From positions 310,001 to 374,000 of the forward strand of contig JBHGNT010000022.1 in assembly GCA_043228905.1 (NCBI GenBank): DNA of 64,000 nucleotides, read 5' to 3'. Position 1 is the first letter of the stretch. Every line of letters starts with the position of its first letter. This document shows positions 37,801 through 51,133 of this stretch, piece after piece. Position numbers and translations under genes: made by a program. This DNA comes from Azolla caroliniana (Eukaryota > Plantae > Polypodiophyta). Below the pieces are notes generated by a model that was not told where the DNA came from, searched no databases, and saw nothing but the letters and a program-made list of their open reading frames with translations.

Positions 37801-40249
37801 CGATGATCAACCGATTCTTCCTATTGCAACGCCGTTTTGTTCTGGCGTGTATCGGTAACTGAATTATCTTCGAATTCCTTTCTATTGCAAATAAATGTTG
37901 AATTGGCTGGAAAACATTCTTTTCTACCATCTGACCACAGGCACTCGGTTTCCCGTTTGATTAAATTCTCTAAGTCCTAGAAATAGTCGAAAACTTCGCT
38001 TTTTCTTTCGATCAGGTAGATCCATGTGTGCCGACTATAGACATCAACTAAGGAGACGAAATATCGACTCCCGTCAAGACTAGCATTTTGTGTCGATCCC
38101 CATACATCTGAATTTATCAACTTGAGCTTGTCCTGGTTCCGGTTCCGCTCGTTGAAGAATGGAAGTGGGTGTTGCTTCTCAGTTGGCAGGCTTCACAAAT
38201 TCGGGCCTTTCGGCCATTGAATTTCCGCAGTCCGAACACCACCAGTTTCGACTACAAGTTCCAAAGCCTTTCATAGTTGATGTGGCCGATCCTCTTGTGC
38301 CAAAGATCAATGTCTTACTCAACCTTCTCTCCTTTTGCGAATAAGGCGATGCCGACTTCATTTGTGTCGAGGATAAACATCCTCCCGTCCTGGCAACCTT
38401 GCGCGATTATCTAGCCTTCTTCCTCGATGAAGCACCTGAGATGCGTAAACCATACTTGCATCCCCTGATTGATGATCCGATCGACACTAGGTTCTTCATA
38501 ATTGTCAAAACATGTAGTACATTCAAAGGGACTTCTCTACCATGCTCGATCGAGTGTGGAGTGTTGTCTCCGGTTTTGACAACTCCTGGTTGCTCCGGCT
38601 TTTCAAGACATGAGAACCACTCTTCGTGGCTCATCATGTGGTTCAACACTCCGGAGTCAACATACCACACTTCCTCCAATTTGGCAATGGTCTTCTTCAT
38701 CGAGTTCGCCTTGTGCTCCATCACGAAGGCTAGCCTTTTTCCAGTCTTTCCGGTTCCAGATCCTTCTTATCCTTCTGTGTAGTGCGAGCTCTACTGATTT
38801 CCTTGTTTGGCCTTGTCGGATCTGAATTTATCTGAGTCGGCATGCTTCTTCCAACACTCGCTTTCTTGGTGGCCTTTCTTGCCATAGTACCAACATTCTG
38901 TATCGGCTTTGGACTGCCAGTTTCCGGCGTCACCTTGACTCCCCCTGCTTGTGGAGGGTTTGGAACTGATGTCGACACTATCCCTGTGCCTTCGATTCTG
39001 CTATTGTCGGACACCATTGTTCCATGCCAATCCGCGTTCGTGTACAACATCCGGCTATCCGATTCAGTGGTCCTCGACCCACGCGCATGGTTTTCTTTGA
39101 CCCTTACCATCGATTGCAAGTCAACGAAGGATAGTGGATTCTCTCGGGTGCAAATCGTCATCTGAATAGGCCCGTACCTTTGCGGTAGACCACCGAGGTA
39201 GATCTGCCCCATCTCTTCTTCGTCCACCATCACGTTGATGGGCCTTAGTACGTCACCAATGTCCTTGATCTTGGTGGTGTAGTTCGTAACTACCATTTCC
39301 CTTTGCCGGATGTTGTTGAGCTCTTACCGGAGCTGCAACTTATGGGTCATGGTACTCGCGGCGAAAATCTTTTTTAGATTTTCCTATGCTTCTTTCGGCG
39401 ACTTCGCGTCTCTCATGTAGCCGAGCATCCGTGCACATAAGATGTGAGGCAATACAAAACCTTGCTCGTTCCTTATGTGCCGGCTCTAGTGCTACTTCGT
39501 TCTCTCTTTTGACATAACTCCAATAAATGTTCCCCAACAAGTATGGGTGCATCTTGTACAACCAAGATGCATAGTTGTGAATGTTGAGCTTCTCAGTCAG
39601 AAGGGAGCTTGTCATCCCTCTGTCCATATCTTGGTTCAATTCTTATTGGGTGTCAGGTTTGGGTTTGTCTTTGACTATTCGCTTTTCGGCAACAAAGGAT
39701 TCTCAACCCTCGCGCTCTGATATCATGTGAAAGTTAATGTGAAGAAGCTTAGACAAACCGGTTCCGCCAGATAACAACAGACAGAGAGAGCAGAACAACA
39801 TAAACTCAAATTATAAAATATTACTCTATCTAGTGTGCACTTTTATCTATTTGTACATACAATGTGCTTAGTGTGCACTTTTATACAAATCCATAAAACG
39901 ATTGACAAAAGTACTGACAAGTACTTCAAAGCTCGTATTAAGCTACTGACACTAACTCCTAGGATAACTACCTAGTCTAGGAGTGTAGACCTCCAATGGC
40001 CTACTTGTTCGCACATGAGTCTGGCTCTCCGATCCGGCCCTCTTCTCCAGACACCAATGCAGTCATAAAGGGGAGGATAATGTCACGACATAATTACATC
40101 AAATACATAGTTGGTGAGGATTGAACCTATAACCTCATATCAACAAGATTTATGCTCAACCATTTTAACATGAGCATGTTGGGATTACGGTCCCTCCGAA
40201 TGGGATGGTCAGATGTCCGGGAATCGAATGAGGAGTACCCGGTATCGGA

Positions 40250-40425
40250 ACCGGACGATGAAGACCCGGTTTCGGATCCGGATGATGAAGACCCCGGCTA
40301 CGGAGCCGGATGACGAAGACCCGGTTTCGGATCCGGATGATGAAGACCCCAGCTACGGAGCCGGATGACGAAGACCCGGTTTCGGATCCGAATGATGAAG
40401 ACCCCGGCTACGGAGCCGGATGACG
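40250..40425 (+). repeat. 55-bp tandem repeat in E1 U3 (3 units in the 5' LTR, 2 in the 3' LTR)
   Basis: ggatgatgaagaccccggctacggagccggatgacgaagacccggtttcggatcc; accounts for the 728 vs 673 bp LTR lengths. Confidence 0.9.
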
Positions 40426-40935
40426 AATGTACCCGGAGAGAGATCCGGATGCGGGGACATATTTGTGAATATGTTTGCCAAGGGCCCTCGAGGCTATACT
40501 TGTAAATAGCCCGAAAGTCATATGTGTATAAATATGAATTAGGGCAAACAGTTGTTGTTGTTGCTCATTTTTCTGTTTTCCACTTAGAGGGAGCGAAGTG
40601 AGAGCAGCCGAGAGAGAGAGTGAGAGAGAGAGAAAGGAAGAGGTCGACGCCTCTGTGTAATACCGCCGCCTGTGGCGAGGACAGCGAGCTCAAGGTCGTC
40701 GCCTTGCAGCTCGCCATTGTACATTCCTTGCGTATAGTGATAGTTGGAGTCTTGCACTCCCGTGGTTTTTCCCGTCTAGGGTTTTCCACGCTAAACCCTT
40801 AGCATTCGAGTCTCTCTCTGTGTTTTGATTTACTTCTGCATTGATTCGTGTTTCCTCGGTTGTGACCGAGAGGTGAAGGTTTTGAAAGCGTCGATTTCCT
40901 AACAATCTGGTATCAGAGCGACTGCAGTGCAGAAA

Positions 40936-43900
40936 ATGGAAGGCGGCAGCAGCGGGCAGCCGGGGATGATGGTGCTGAATGCGCAGAACTACGCCGACTG
41001 GAAGATCAAGATGGAGGATCTGCTCATTGTTCGGGACCTTTATGAACCGATCGACAGGTCGGAAATACCCAAGGGGGTACTTGAGACGGAATGGAGGCTT
41101 CTGAACCGGAAAGCCGTTGCAACCATTCGGCAATACGTCGACGTGAGCGTTCTACAACATGTGGCGAACGACACCAACGCATATGAGATGTGGCAGAAGC
41201 TGTCGGGCCTCTACGAGAGGAAGAATGCGTTGAACCGGACCTCCCTGATGAGGAAGATAGTGAACCTCAAGTACCGGGACGGCGAGAGTATGGTGGAACA
41301 CGTAAGCACGTTCATGGGATTCGTGAACCAGCTTGCGGCGATCAAGTTCCCGTTGGAGGATGCAATGCAAGCCATCATGCTGATGTGTACATTGCCGGAA
41401 AGCTGGGAGAACTTGGTGGTGACTCTCAGCACCCCCTGCACCGAAGATAACTTGTCCTTACAAACGGTAAAGACAAGCATTTTGAACGAAGAAGCGCGTC
41501 GGAGAGATAAAGAACCGGCCTCCGATCCGAAGATGCTGCTTACCGAATCGGATCGGGGAAGACAACGGAACCGGAGTCCGCAAAGACGGGAGAAGTCGGG
41601 GACCCGGTCGCAATCCAGAGGAAGGCCCACATGCTTCCACTGTGGGAAGCCGGGGCACTTCCGAAAGAATTGTCGGCATTACCGAAAAGACAACGGAGCC
41701 GACGACACCGATTCGAAGAAGTCTTCGGAACGGAACGGTGCTTACCGGGGAGCCACGGACCGGAATGGTTCGGATCGGCGAGGGCACGACCGGAAAGGAA
41801 CGACGGCACTCGCAGCAAGTGAAGAGGAGATCATGCTCATCACCGAAGAAGGTGAACTAAACATTGCCGGCGATGAGACTACCTGGGTGGTCGATTCCGG
41901 AGCGTTGTTCCACCTGACCCCGGAAAGAAGATACTTCTCATCCTATACAGCCGGTGAGCATGGCTGCGTTCGGATGGGAAATGAAGGTACGTGCCGGATT
42001 GCCGGCATAGGAGACGTGTGGTTGACAACCTCGACCGGATGCAAAATGTTGCTGAAGGATGTCCGACACGTTCCGGAGGTTCGATTGAACCTGATTTCGG
42101 CCGGGAGGCTAGACGATGAAGGCTACACAGGTAGCATCCGGAACTACGTAATGAAGTTCAGCAAGGGGAGCCTGATAGTGGCTCGGGCCCGGAAAGTCAA
42201 CACATTGTACCTTATGAATGCCTGGTTGTGTCCGGAGGAGTTTAACGTGGCAGCCGATACTGCCGGTGAGCTGTGGCACAAGAGACTGTGCCACATGAGT
42301 GAGAAGGGGATGAAGAGGCTTGCAGAAGACAACCTTATTCCAGTGAAGCATGTGCACCTGGAGAAGTGCACCGATTGCCTGGCCGGTAAGCAGAACCGAA
42401 CCTCCTTCCACTCAAGGCCACCGACGAGACGTAGCGCACCATTGGAGTTGGTGCACACTAACGTGTGTCAAGTAGAAACGAAGTCACATGGCGGAGCCCA
42501 GTACTTCGTGACATTCATTGATGACCACAGCCGGAAGCTGTGGACGGCACCGTTGAAGAAAAAGGACCAAGTGTTTTGCGTTTTCAAAGAACTCCATGCG
42601 AGAGTGGAAAGGGAATCCGGCAAGAAGCTGAAAGCGATACGAGCAGATAACGGAAGGGAATACCGGGGGCAGTTCGAGGAGTACTGTCGCTCGAAGGGAA
42701 TCCGGCTCGAGTTTACTGTGCCGAAGACGCCGGCACTGAACGTGCTGGCCGAGAGGATGAACTGGACCATAATGGAGAGGGTCCGGAGTATGCTGGCGCA
42801 TGCGAAATTACCCAAGGGGTTTTGGGCTCAGGCAATGTCGACGGCGACATACATGATAAACAGATCACCCTCCGTACCTTTGGACGGAGACACGCCGCAG
42901 AGAGTGTGGACCGGTAGGGAAGTATCCTACCGGCATCTGAAGGTGTTCGGGTGTCTCGCATATGTGCATGTGGCAAAGGACCCGAGAGGAAAGCTAGATC
43001 CAAAGACCCGGCCATGCATATTCCTCGGTTACGGCGATGACGAGTTCGGCTACCGAGTATGGGACCCGGTCGACAAGAAGATATTCCGGAGTCGTGATAT
43101 CATCTTCATGGAGGACAAGACACTCGCCGACTGGGAGTCGGAGAAGAAGATGAAGAGCTCCAAGTCGACCGGTGAGGATCAACTCTACGAGGAGCAGTCC
43201 CGACCGGCAAGGGACCGGTTAGCACTCGAGGATCCGGCCGAAGACGGTGAAGAAACAGAACCGGCCGAGGAAGATGAAACTGATATCGGAACCGGTATCC
43301 CGAAATGGATTCGGATGAAGAGGAAACGGAGGAGCCAGTTACCGAAGCTCCGGAACGGAGATATCCTCTAAGAGAGAGAAGGGCCCCCCGGAGATTTCCG
43401 GAACCAGAGCACGTGCTGCTAACCGACGAGGGGGAGCCGGAGAGTTTTGAAGAAGCAAAGCTTGACACCCATAGCCGCAGGTGGTTGAGTGCCATGCAGG
43501 AGGAGATGGATTCCCTGCATGAGAACCACACATATGAACTTGTGGAGTTGCCGAAAGGAAAGCGGGCACTTCGAAACAAGTGGGTGTTCAAGCTGAAACC
43601 GGGAGATGCCGGACACCCCCCGAGATACAAAGCCAGGATCATGGTGAAGGGGTTCTAGCAGAAGAAGGGCGTCGACTTCGACGAGATATTTTCCCCGGTA
43701 GTGAAAATGACCTCCATCCGGACGGTGCTGAGCATAGCGGCAAGCATGGACCTCGAGGTAGAACAGATGGACGTGAAGACGGCATTCCTTCACGGTGACC
43801 TCGAAGAAGAGATCTACATGCAACAACCGGAAGGATTCGAGAAGAAAGGAAAGGAGCACCTGGTATGCCGGTTGAAGAAGAGCCTTTACGGACTGAAGCA

Positions 43901-45005
43901 GGCTCCCCGGCAATGGTACCGGAAGTTCGACTCTTTCATGACCAACGAAGGGTACCACAAAACGCAGTCCGATCACTGCGTGTTTGTGAAGAAGTTCGAA
44001 GGAGGAGACTTTCTAATACTCCTCCTGTACGTGGACGACATGTTGATCGTCGGACGGGACCAGGGCAAGATACGGATGCTGAAGAAAGCGCTTCATCGAA
44101 CCTTCTCAATGAAGGACCTGGGTCCGGCGAGGCAAATACTAGGGATGCACATCATCCGGGACCGGAAGAAGAAGCAGTTGTGGCTGTCACAGGAGAAGTA
44201 CGTGACAAAGGTGCTTAAACAGTTCAACATGTCGGAAGCAAGACCGGTCGGGTCAACCCTCTCGGCAAACTGCAAGCTGTCCAGCAAGCAAAGCCCCAAG
44301 ACAAAGGCTGAGAAGGAGGACATGATTAAAGTACCATATGCCTCTGCCGTCGGAAGCTTGATGTACGCAATGGTGTGTACAAGACCGGACATAGGATATG
44401 TAGTCGGAGTGGTGAGCCGGTACATGAGCAATCCCGGCAAAGAGCACTGGAACGCGGCCAAGTGGATACTCCGATACCTGAAGGGCACGGCAAACGTGTG
44501 CCTCCGATTCGGCTCCGGTAAGCCCGAACTCGACGGCTTTACCGATTCGGATATGTCGGCTGATGCAGATACCAGCCAGTCCACATCAGGGCATGTGATG
44601 ACATATGCAGGGGGAGCTGTTTCGTGGCAGTCGAGGCTGCAGAAAACCGTTGCGTTGTCAACCACGGAGGCGGAGTACATGGCGGCTGTTGAAGCCGGCA
44701 AGGAAATAATATGGATGAAGGACTTCATTAGAGAGCTCGGTATCCGGCAGGAGGAGTACCGACTCTACTGCGACAGTCAGAGTGCCATCCACCTTGCGAA
44801 GAATGCGGCCTATCACTCCCGGACGAAGCACATCCAGCGAAGATATCACTGGATCCGGGAAAGGATAGAAGACCAGGAGTTCGTGCTTACGAAGATCCAC
44901 ACGGACGAGAACGGGTCAGATATGGTGACCAAAGTGCTCACACCCGACAAGCTGGAAGCGTGCCGGAAGAGGGTCGGACGGGAAAGACATCCCATGCCGA
45001 AGTGA
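40936..45005 (+). pseudogene. E1 gag-pol, inactivated
   Basis: 4-bp deletion frameshift near 43296, TAG at 43656-43658, integrase catalytic D>N (VHTNVC vs VHTDVC in E2). Confidence 0.92.
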
Positions 45006-45813
45006 AGGGGTTGTTTGTTGGGATTACGGTCCCTCCGGATGGGATGGTCAGATGTCCGGGAATCGAATGAGGAGTACCCGGTATCGGAACCGGACGATGA
45101 AGAACCGGTTTCGGATCCGGATGATGAAGACCCCGGCTACGGAGCCGGATGACGAAGACCCGGTTTCGGATCCGGATGATGAAGACCCCGGCTACGGAGC
45201 CGGATGACGAATGTACCCGGAGAGAGATCCGGATGCGGGGACATATTTGTGAATATGTTTGCCAAGGGCCCTCGAGGCTATACTTGTAAATAGCCCAAAA
45301 GTCATATGTGTATAAATATGACTTAGGGCAAACAGTTGTTGTTGTTGCTCATTTTTCTGTTTTCCACTTAGAGGGAGCGAAGTGAGAGCAGCCGAGAGAG
45401 AGAGTGAGAGAGAGAGAAAGGAAGAGGTCGACGCCTCTGTGTAATACCGCCGCCTGTGGCGAGGACAGCGAGCTCAAGGTCGTCGCCTTGCAGCTCGCCA
45501 TTATACATTCCCTGCGTATAGTGATAGTTGGAGTCTTGCACTCCCGTGGTTTTTCCCGTCTAGGGTTTTCCACGCTAAACCCTGTGCATTCGAGTCTCTC
45601 TCTGTGTTTTGATTTACTTCTGCATTGATTCGTGTTTCCTCGGTTGTGGCCGAGAGGTGAAGGTTTTGAAAGCGTCGATTTCCTAACAGAGCATACATTT
45701 ATATATAATGATGTAGTATTCTATAGTCTAGCGTATAATACATTTCAGAATCACAATATTCTAGTCGTGAGTATATTCTAGAGATATTGTACGGTATATT
45801 CTAGATAAGTATA

Positions 45814-48800
45814 TGTTGGGATTACGGTCCCTTTCAGATGGGATGGTCGGATATCGGAGATGAATGCCGACAAGCCCGGTTGCGGTTTCGGAACCGGATG
45901 ATGAAGACCCCGGCCTTGGAGCCGGATGACGAATGTACCCGGAGAGAGATCCGGATGCGGGGACATATCTGTGAATATGTTTGCCAAGGGCCCTTGAGGC
46001 TATAGTTGTAAATAGCCCCAAAGTCAAATGTGTATAAATATGACTTAGGGCAAACAGTTTTAATGTTGCTACTCATTTTTTCTGTTTTTCCACTCAAGAG
46101 GAGTGAAGAGAGAGCAGCCGGAGAGAGATAGAGCATGAGAGAGGAAGAGGTCGACGCCTCTGTGTAATACCGCCGCCTGTGGCGAGGACAGCGAGCTCAA
46201 GGTCGTCGCCTTGCAGCTCGCCATTGTATACTTCTCTGTGCATAGTTTTGGTTCGGAGTCTTGTACTCCCGTGGTTTTTCCCGTACAGGGTTTTCCACGT
46301 TAAATCGTGTGTCCACTCTATTTCTCGCATTTCCCATCTTCTGCAACAACGATTCGTGTGTTTCCCTGGTTGTGGCCGAGAGGTGAAGTTTGGAAAGTGT
46401 CGATTATTTTTCATCAATTTGGTATCAGAGCGAGCTGCTGCAGAAAATGGAAGGCGGCGGCAGCGGGCAGCCGGGGATGATGGTGCTGAATGCGCAGAAT
46501 TACGCCGACTGGAAGATCAAGATGGAGGATCTTCTGATTGTTCGGGACCTGTACGAACCGATTGACAGGTCGGAGATACCAAAGGGAGTACTTGAGTCGG
46601 AATGGAGGCTTCTGAACCGGAAAGCCGTTGCAACCATTCGGCAATACGTAGACGTGAGCGTTCTACAACATGTGGCGAACGACATCAACGCATATGAGAT
46701 GTGGCGGAAGCTGTCGGGCCTCTACGAGAGGAAGAATGCGTTGAACCGGACCTCCCTGATGAGGAAGATAGTGAACCTCAAGTACCGGGACGGCGAGAGT
46801 ATGGTGGAACACGTAAGCACGTTCATGGGATTCGTGAACCAGCTTGCGGCGATCAAGTTCCCGCTGGAGGATGCAATGCAAGCCATCATTCTGATGTGTA
46901 CATTGCCGGAAAGCTGGGAGAACTTGGTGGTGACTCTCAGCACCTCCTGCACGGAAGATAACTTGTCCCTACAAACGGTAAAGACAAGTATTTTGAACGA
47001 AGAAGCGCGTCGGAGAGATAAAGAACCGGCCTCCGACTCGAAGGCGCTGCTTACCGAATCGGAACGGGGAAGACAATAGAACCGGAGTCCGCAAAGACGG
47101 GAGAAGTCGGGGACCCGGTCGCAATCAAGAGGAAGACCCACATGCTTCCACTGTGGGAAGCCGGGGCACTTCCGGAAGAATTGTCGGCATTACCGAAAGG
47201 ACAACGGAGCCGACGACACCGATTCGAAGAAGTCATCGGAGAGAAACGGTGCATACCGGGGAGCCACGGACCGGAGAGGTCCGGATCGGCGAGGGCAGGA
47301 CCGGAAAGGAACGACGGCACTCGCGGCAAGTGAGGAAGACATCATGCTCATCACCGAAGAAGGTGAACTAAACATTGCCGGCGATGAGACGACCTGGGTG
47401 GTCGATTCCGGAGCATCGTTCCACCTGACCCCGGAGAGAAGATACTTCTCATCCTACACAGCCGGTGAGCATGGCTGTGTTCGGATGGGAAATGAAGGTA
47501 CGTGCCGGATTGCCGGCATAGGAGACGTGTGGTCGACAACCCCGACCGGATGCAAAATGCTGCTAAAGGATGTCCGACACGTTCCGGAGGTTCGATTGAA
47601 CCTGATTTCGGCCGGGAGGCTAGACGATGAAGGCTACACAGGTAGCATCCGGAACGGCGTAATGAAGTTTAGCAAGGGGAGCCTGATAGTGGCTCGGGCC
47701 CGGAAAGTCAACAGACTGTACCTTATGAATGCCTGGTTGTGTCCGGAAGAGTTGAACGTGGTAGCCGACATTGCCGGTGAGCTGTGGCACAAGAGACTGT
47801 GCCACATGAGTGAGAAGGGGATGAAGAGGCTTGCAGAAGACAACCTTATTCCAGTGAAGCATGTGCACCTGGAGATGTGCACCGATTGCCTGGCCGGTAA
47901 GCAGAACCGAACCTCCTTCCACTCAAGGCCACCGACGAGACGTAGCGCACCATTGGAGTTGGTGCACACTGATGTGTGTCAGGTAGAAACGCAGTCACAT
48001 GGCGGAGCCCAGTACTTCGTAACATTCATTGATGATCACAGCCGGAAGCTGTGGACGGCACCGTTGAAGAAAAAGGACCAAGTGTTGTGCGTCTTCAAAG
48101 AACTCCACGCGAGAGTGGAAAGGGAATCCGGCAAGAAGCTGAAAGCGATACGAGCGGATAACGGAGGGGAATACCGGGGGCAGTTCAAGGAGTACTGTCG
48201 CTCGAAGGGAATCCGGCTCGAGTTTACTGTGCCGAAGACGCCGGAACTGAACGGGCTGGCCGAGAGGATGAACCGGACCATAATGGAGAGGGTCCGGAGT
48301 ATGCTGGCGCATGCGAAATTACCCAAGGGGTTTTGGGCTGAGGCAATGTCGACGGCGACATACGTGATAAACAGATCACCCTCCGTACCTTTGGACGGAG
48401 ACACGCCGCAGAGAGTGTGGACCGGTAGGGAAGTATCCTACCGGCATCTGAAGGTGTTCGGGTGTCTCGCATACGTGCATGTGGCAAAGGACCGGAGAGG
48501 AAAGCTAGATCCAAAGACCCGGCCATGCATATTCCTCGGTTACGGCGATGACGAGTTCGGCTACGGAGTATGGGACCTGGTCGACAAGAAGATATTCCGG
48601 AGTCGTGATATCATCTTCATGGAGAACAAGACACTCGCCGACTGGGAGTCGGAGAAGAAGATGAAGAGCTCCAAGTCGACCGGTGAGGATCAACTCTACG
48701 AGGAGCAGTCCCGACCGGCAAGGGACCGGTTAGCACTCGAGGATCCGGCCGAAGACGGTGAAGAAACAGAACCGGCCGAAGAAGATGAAAATGATACCGG

Positions 48801-51133
48801 AACCGGCCCCGATCCCGAAATGGATTCGGATGAAGAAGAATCGGAAGAACCGGTTACCGAAGCTCCGGAACGGAGATATCCTCTAAGAGAGAGAAGGGCC
48901 CCTCGGAGATTTCCGGAACCAGAGCACCTGCTGCTAACCGACGAGGGGGAGCCGGAGAGCTTTGAAGAAGCAAAGCATGACACCCAGAGCCGCAGGTGGT
49001 TGAGTGCCATGCAGGACGAGATGGATTCCCTGCATGAGAACCACACATATGAACTTGTGGAGTTGCCGAAAGGAAAGCGGGCACTTCGAAGCAAGTGGGT
49101 GTTCAAGCTGAAACCGGGAGATGCCGGAAACCCCCCGAGATACAAAGCCAGGATCGTGGTGAAGGGGTTTCAGCAGAAGAAGGGCGTCGACTTCGACGAG
49201 ATATTTGCCCCGGTAGTGAAGATGACCTCCATCCGGACGGTGCTGAGCATAGCGGCAAGCATGGACCTCGAGGTAGAACAGATGGACGTGAAGACGGCAT
49301 TCCTTCACGGTGACCTCGAAGAAGAGATCTACATGCAGCAACCGGAAGGATTCGAGAAGAAAGGGAAGGAGCACCTGGTATGCTGGTTGAAGAAGAGCCT
49401 TTACGGACTGAAGCAGGCTCCCCGGCAATGGTACCGGAAGTTCGACTCCTTCATGACCGACGAAGGGTACCTCAAAACGCAGTCCGACCACTGCGTGTTT
49501 ATGAAGAAGTTCGAAGGAGGAGACTTTCTAATACTCCTCCTGTACGTGGACGACATGTTGATCGTCGGACGGGACCAGGTCAAGATACGGATGCTGAAGA
49601 AGGCTCTTCACCGAACCTTCTCAATGAAGGACTTGGGTCCGGCGAGACAAATACTAGGGATGCACATCATCCGGGACCGGAGCAAGAAGCAGTTGTGGCT
49701 ATCACAGGAGAAGTACGTGACAAAGGTGCTTAAACAGTTCAACATGTCGGAAGCAAGACCGGTCGGATCGACCCTCCCGACAAACTGCAAGCTGTCCAGC
49801 AAGCAAAGCCCCAAGACAAAGGCTGAGAAGGAGGACATGATGAAAGTGCCATATGCCTCTGCCGTCGGAAGCTTGATGTACGCAATGGTGTGTACAAGAC
49901 CGGACATTGGATACGCAGTCGGAGTGGTGAGCCGGTACATGAGCAATCCCGGCAAAGAGCATTGGAACGCGGCCAAGTGGATACTCCGATACCTGAAGGG
50001 CACGGCAAACGTGTGCCTCCGATTCGGCTCCGGTAAACCCGAACTCGACGGCTTTACCGATTCGGATATGTCGGCTGATGCAGATACCAGCCGGTCCACA
50101 TCAGGGTATGTGATGACGTATGCAGGGGGAGCTGTTTCATGGCAGTCGAGGCTGCAGAAGACGGTTGCGTTGTCAACCACGGAGGCGGAGTACATGGCGG
50201 CTGTTGAAGCCGGCAAGGAAATAATATGGATGAAGGACTTCATTAGAGAACTCGGTATCCGGCAGGAGGAGTACCGACTCTACTGCGACAGTCAGAGTGC
50301 CATCCACCTTGCGAAGAACGCTGCCTATCACTCCCGGACGAAGCACATCCAGCGAAGATATCACTGGATCCGGGAAAGGATAGAAGACAAGGAGTTCGTG
50401 CTGACGAAGGTCCACACGGACGAGAACGGGTCGGATATGCTGACCAAGGTGCTCACACCCGACAAGCTGGAAGCATGCCGGAAGAGGATCGGATTGGAGA
50501 GACATCCCATGCCGAAGTGAAGGGGGAGTTTGTTGGGATTACGGTCCCTTTCGGATGGGATGGTCGGATATCGGAGATGAATGCCGACAAGCCCGGTTGC
50601 GGTTTCGGAACCGGATAATGAAGACCCCGGCCTTGGAGCCGGATGACGAATGTACCCGGAGAGAGATCCGGATGCGGGGACATATCTGTGAATATGTTTG
50701 CCGAGGGCCCTTGAGGCTATAGTTGTAAATAGCCCCAAAGTCATATGTGTATAAATATGACTTAGGGCAAACAGTTTTAATGTTGCTACTCATTTTTTCT
50801 GTTTTTCCACTCAAGAGGAGTGAAGAGAGAGCAGCCGGAGAGAGATAGAGCGTGAGAGAGGAAGAGGTCGACGCCTCTGTGTATTTCCGCCGCCTGTGGC
50901 GAGGACAACGAGCTCAAGGTCGTCGCCTTGCAGCTCGCCATTGTATACTTCTCTGTGCATAGTTTTGGTTCGGAGTCTTGTACTCCCGTGGTTTTTCCCG
51001 TACAGGGTTTTCCACGTTAAATCGTGTGTCCACTCTATTTCTCGCATTTCCCATCTTCTGCAACAACGATTCGTGTGTTTCCTTGGTTGTGGCCGAGAGG
51101 TGAAGTTTGGAAAGTGTCGATTATTTTTCATCA
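45814..51133 (+). mobile_element. Young full-length Ty1/Copia E2 (sister subfamily of E1)
   Basis: 603-bp LTRs 45814-46416 and 50531-51133; TSD GTATA; PBS 46420; PPT agggggag. Confidence 0.97.
46447..50520 (+). pseudogene. E2 gag-pol polyprotein, one in-frame stop
   Basis: Single frame from MEGGGSGQ to RHPMPK with TAG at 47077-47079 (CGG in E1); PR DSGAS, IN D,D(35)E, RT YVDD and RNase H motifs intact. Confidence 0.93.

Larger units (their letters stand above)
23436..40056 (-). mobile_element. Decayed Copia D (Bryco-like) with a multiply interrupted 3' LTR
   Basis: 3' LTR in pieces 23436-23636, 33604-33768, 34870-34947; internal region 34948-39725 with gag/PR/IN/RT/RH remnants; PBS 39711-39725; 5' LTR 39726-~40056, truncated. 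Confidence 0.88.
40177..45688 (+). mobile_element. Young full-length Ty1/Copia E1 (Tnt1-like polyprotein)
   Basis: LTRs 40177-40904 and 45016-45688; TSD GAGCA; PBS 40908; PPT ~45003-45010. Confidence 0.97.

Noticed and set aside
47077-47079. Programmed gag-pol stop readthrough in E2
   Set aside because: The stop precedes the Zn knuckle and is CGG in E1; best explained by CpG deamination.
44093-50243. Conserved antisense ORFs (e.g. 211 aa) in E1 and E2
   Set aside because: Shadows of GC-rich pol codons; conservation simply reflects near-identical DNA.
40177-51133. Tandem duplication or shared-LTR dimer of one Copia
   Set aside because: Each element has its own LTR pair and a distinct 5-bp TSD, separated by host LTR sequence.
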